From assembly GCA_043228905.1 (NCBI GenBank), contig JBHGNT010000020.1:10044001-10108000 (forward strand): a stretch of DNA of 64,000 nucleotides. The letters run 5' to 3'. This DNA is from Azolla caroliniana. Lineage: Eukaryota; Plantae; Polypodiophyta. How positions within the stretch are numbered: position 1 is the stretch's first letter; each line of letters opens with the position of its first letter. Positions 62,832 through 64,000 of this stretch are shown piece after piece. The translations under genes were made by a program, and so were the position numbers. Below the pieces are notes generated by a model. It had not been told where the DNA came from and searched no databases. It worked only from the letters and a program-made list of their open reading frames with translations.

Positions 62832-64000
62832 ATGAACAAGGGAAAGAAAATCGTCAGGTTAGTAATATTCATTACATTTTTTAAGATTCCTAAAGATTCC
62901 TTAAAGATTCCTTTCCTCAACACATAGAAATTTTATTTTATTTTGTACAATGAACTTGGAAAGCAATTCTGAAAGCCAGGACCTTCAACCAAAATCCGAT
63001 GCAGTGCATCGGATTTTGGTTGAAGGTTCTGCCTTTCAACCGAAATCCGATGCACTGCATCGGATTTTGGTTGAAAAAAATGTTGTTTTTGCGATAAAAA
63101 ACTATCGCATGGGACCATAAAATTGACGTAATTTAAATGATAATTTGCGTGATTTAGATGAAATTGTACGTTGTTTCTATGTTTTCACCAACGTTTTTAA
63201 TTTCAGTGAACCCAGACAAAAAGTTCCTTCATTTAGATTGAAGATTCGATCTCCGACAAAACGAGATTCTGGCTCCTTCATGAAGGACACGATTAAAAAG
63301 AATTTATTTGACTCAACGGGGGAAGGAGGATCCAAGTCATCTGTGGCTACTACCAAAATCAACAAAGGTAGTACGCAAGAGGAGAAAACGGTTGAGGTGA
63401 AATATAAGGATTACCCCGAACTTGAATGGTGTCTCTCTTATGTCGAGGAGGATGGGGTGCTGTTATTGATAACGGCAAAATCGGACGGGGAAGGGAAACT
63501 TCAGCTTGGAAAAACATTTAATTACGGGCATGTAACCAAGCTAGAGTACGAAGACATTGATTCTACATGTATTTTAATCGACGTCTCGAGCTCAGTTGGC
63601 GATAGGCGATTGCGACTTGATGAGGGAAACCTAGTACCCGAATCTTGCAATCCCAAGGCTTTGCGTAAAGACCTGCAAACAAAAAATAACTTGTTGGTAG
63701 CTCTTCGGCCGTATGTGACAGGAGAGATGATGACCGGTGAAGCAGAAACTCCACCGAAAAAGTCTAGGAAGACAAATCCTGTTCAAAAGAAATATACTAA
63801 ACGACCACGACCCGAAGAAGAAGAAGAAGAAATATTAGAGTTCGTGGAAGAAGAAGACGACCAACAAGTTGACGTCGTGGCTCCAGGCGGACAACTATCT
63901 TCTGGTGTCCTGACGTCAGAACAAAATAAAATAAGAGAAAATATTGTGAAGACTAAACTTGTGCGCAGGGGCCAGCTATTTCATTTGCCCATTACTTCTA
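62832..64000 (+). CDS. Spliced ORF of unknown function, 3'-incomplete (exon 1 62832-62857, exon 2 63207 to the window end)
   Basis: TATA-like CTATATAAG at ~62706. ATG...GTCAG|GTTAGT donor and TTTCAG| acceptor join in phase (AG|T). About 265 stop-free codons to the window end, with basic NLS-like and acidic tracts. Confidence 0.6.
62981..63076. repeat. Two adjacent near-perfect palindromes
   Basis: 23-bp perfect arms around position 63004; 21-bp arms with one mismatch around 63055; the two share essentially the same sequence. Confidence 0.9.

Overview
Eukaryotic (land-plant) nuclear DNA; the retrotransposon lineages suggest a non-seed plant such as a fern (inference). The first ~21.4 kb is a stack of nested LTR retroelements. 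(1) An old non-chromovirus Ty3/gypsy element (gag-pol 1-3187, large extra ORF ~11.1-14.2 kb, putative 3' LTR 14271-14750). It has no polypurine tract; a copy of a tRNA-Arg 3' end sits at that position. (2) A very young, intact Ty3/gypsy element (3188-10545) inserted in it, with a tRNA-Trp PBS, a 4-bp TSD and a -1 frameshift signal between protease and RT. (3) A self-priming Tcn1-like chromovirus (15099-21253) whose LTRs start with an antisense tRNA-type A/B-box module. It is inserted in one solo LTR and carries a second solo LTR of the same family. Two convergent host genes follow: a 12-exon BOR borate exporter (+, 29004-33598), with an AUG-stop uORF upstream, and a 7-exon plastid ribosomal protein S1 gene (-, 45906-42235). 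A 5'-truncated L1 LINE with TSD lies between them. The right end holds LINE, Ty1/copia and probable DNA-transposon relics, tandem repeats, and a spliced orphan ORF that runs off the window. All calls were made by eye, without database searches; tRNA and family reference sequences are recalled from memory.
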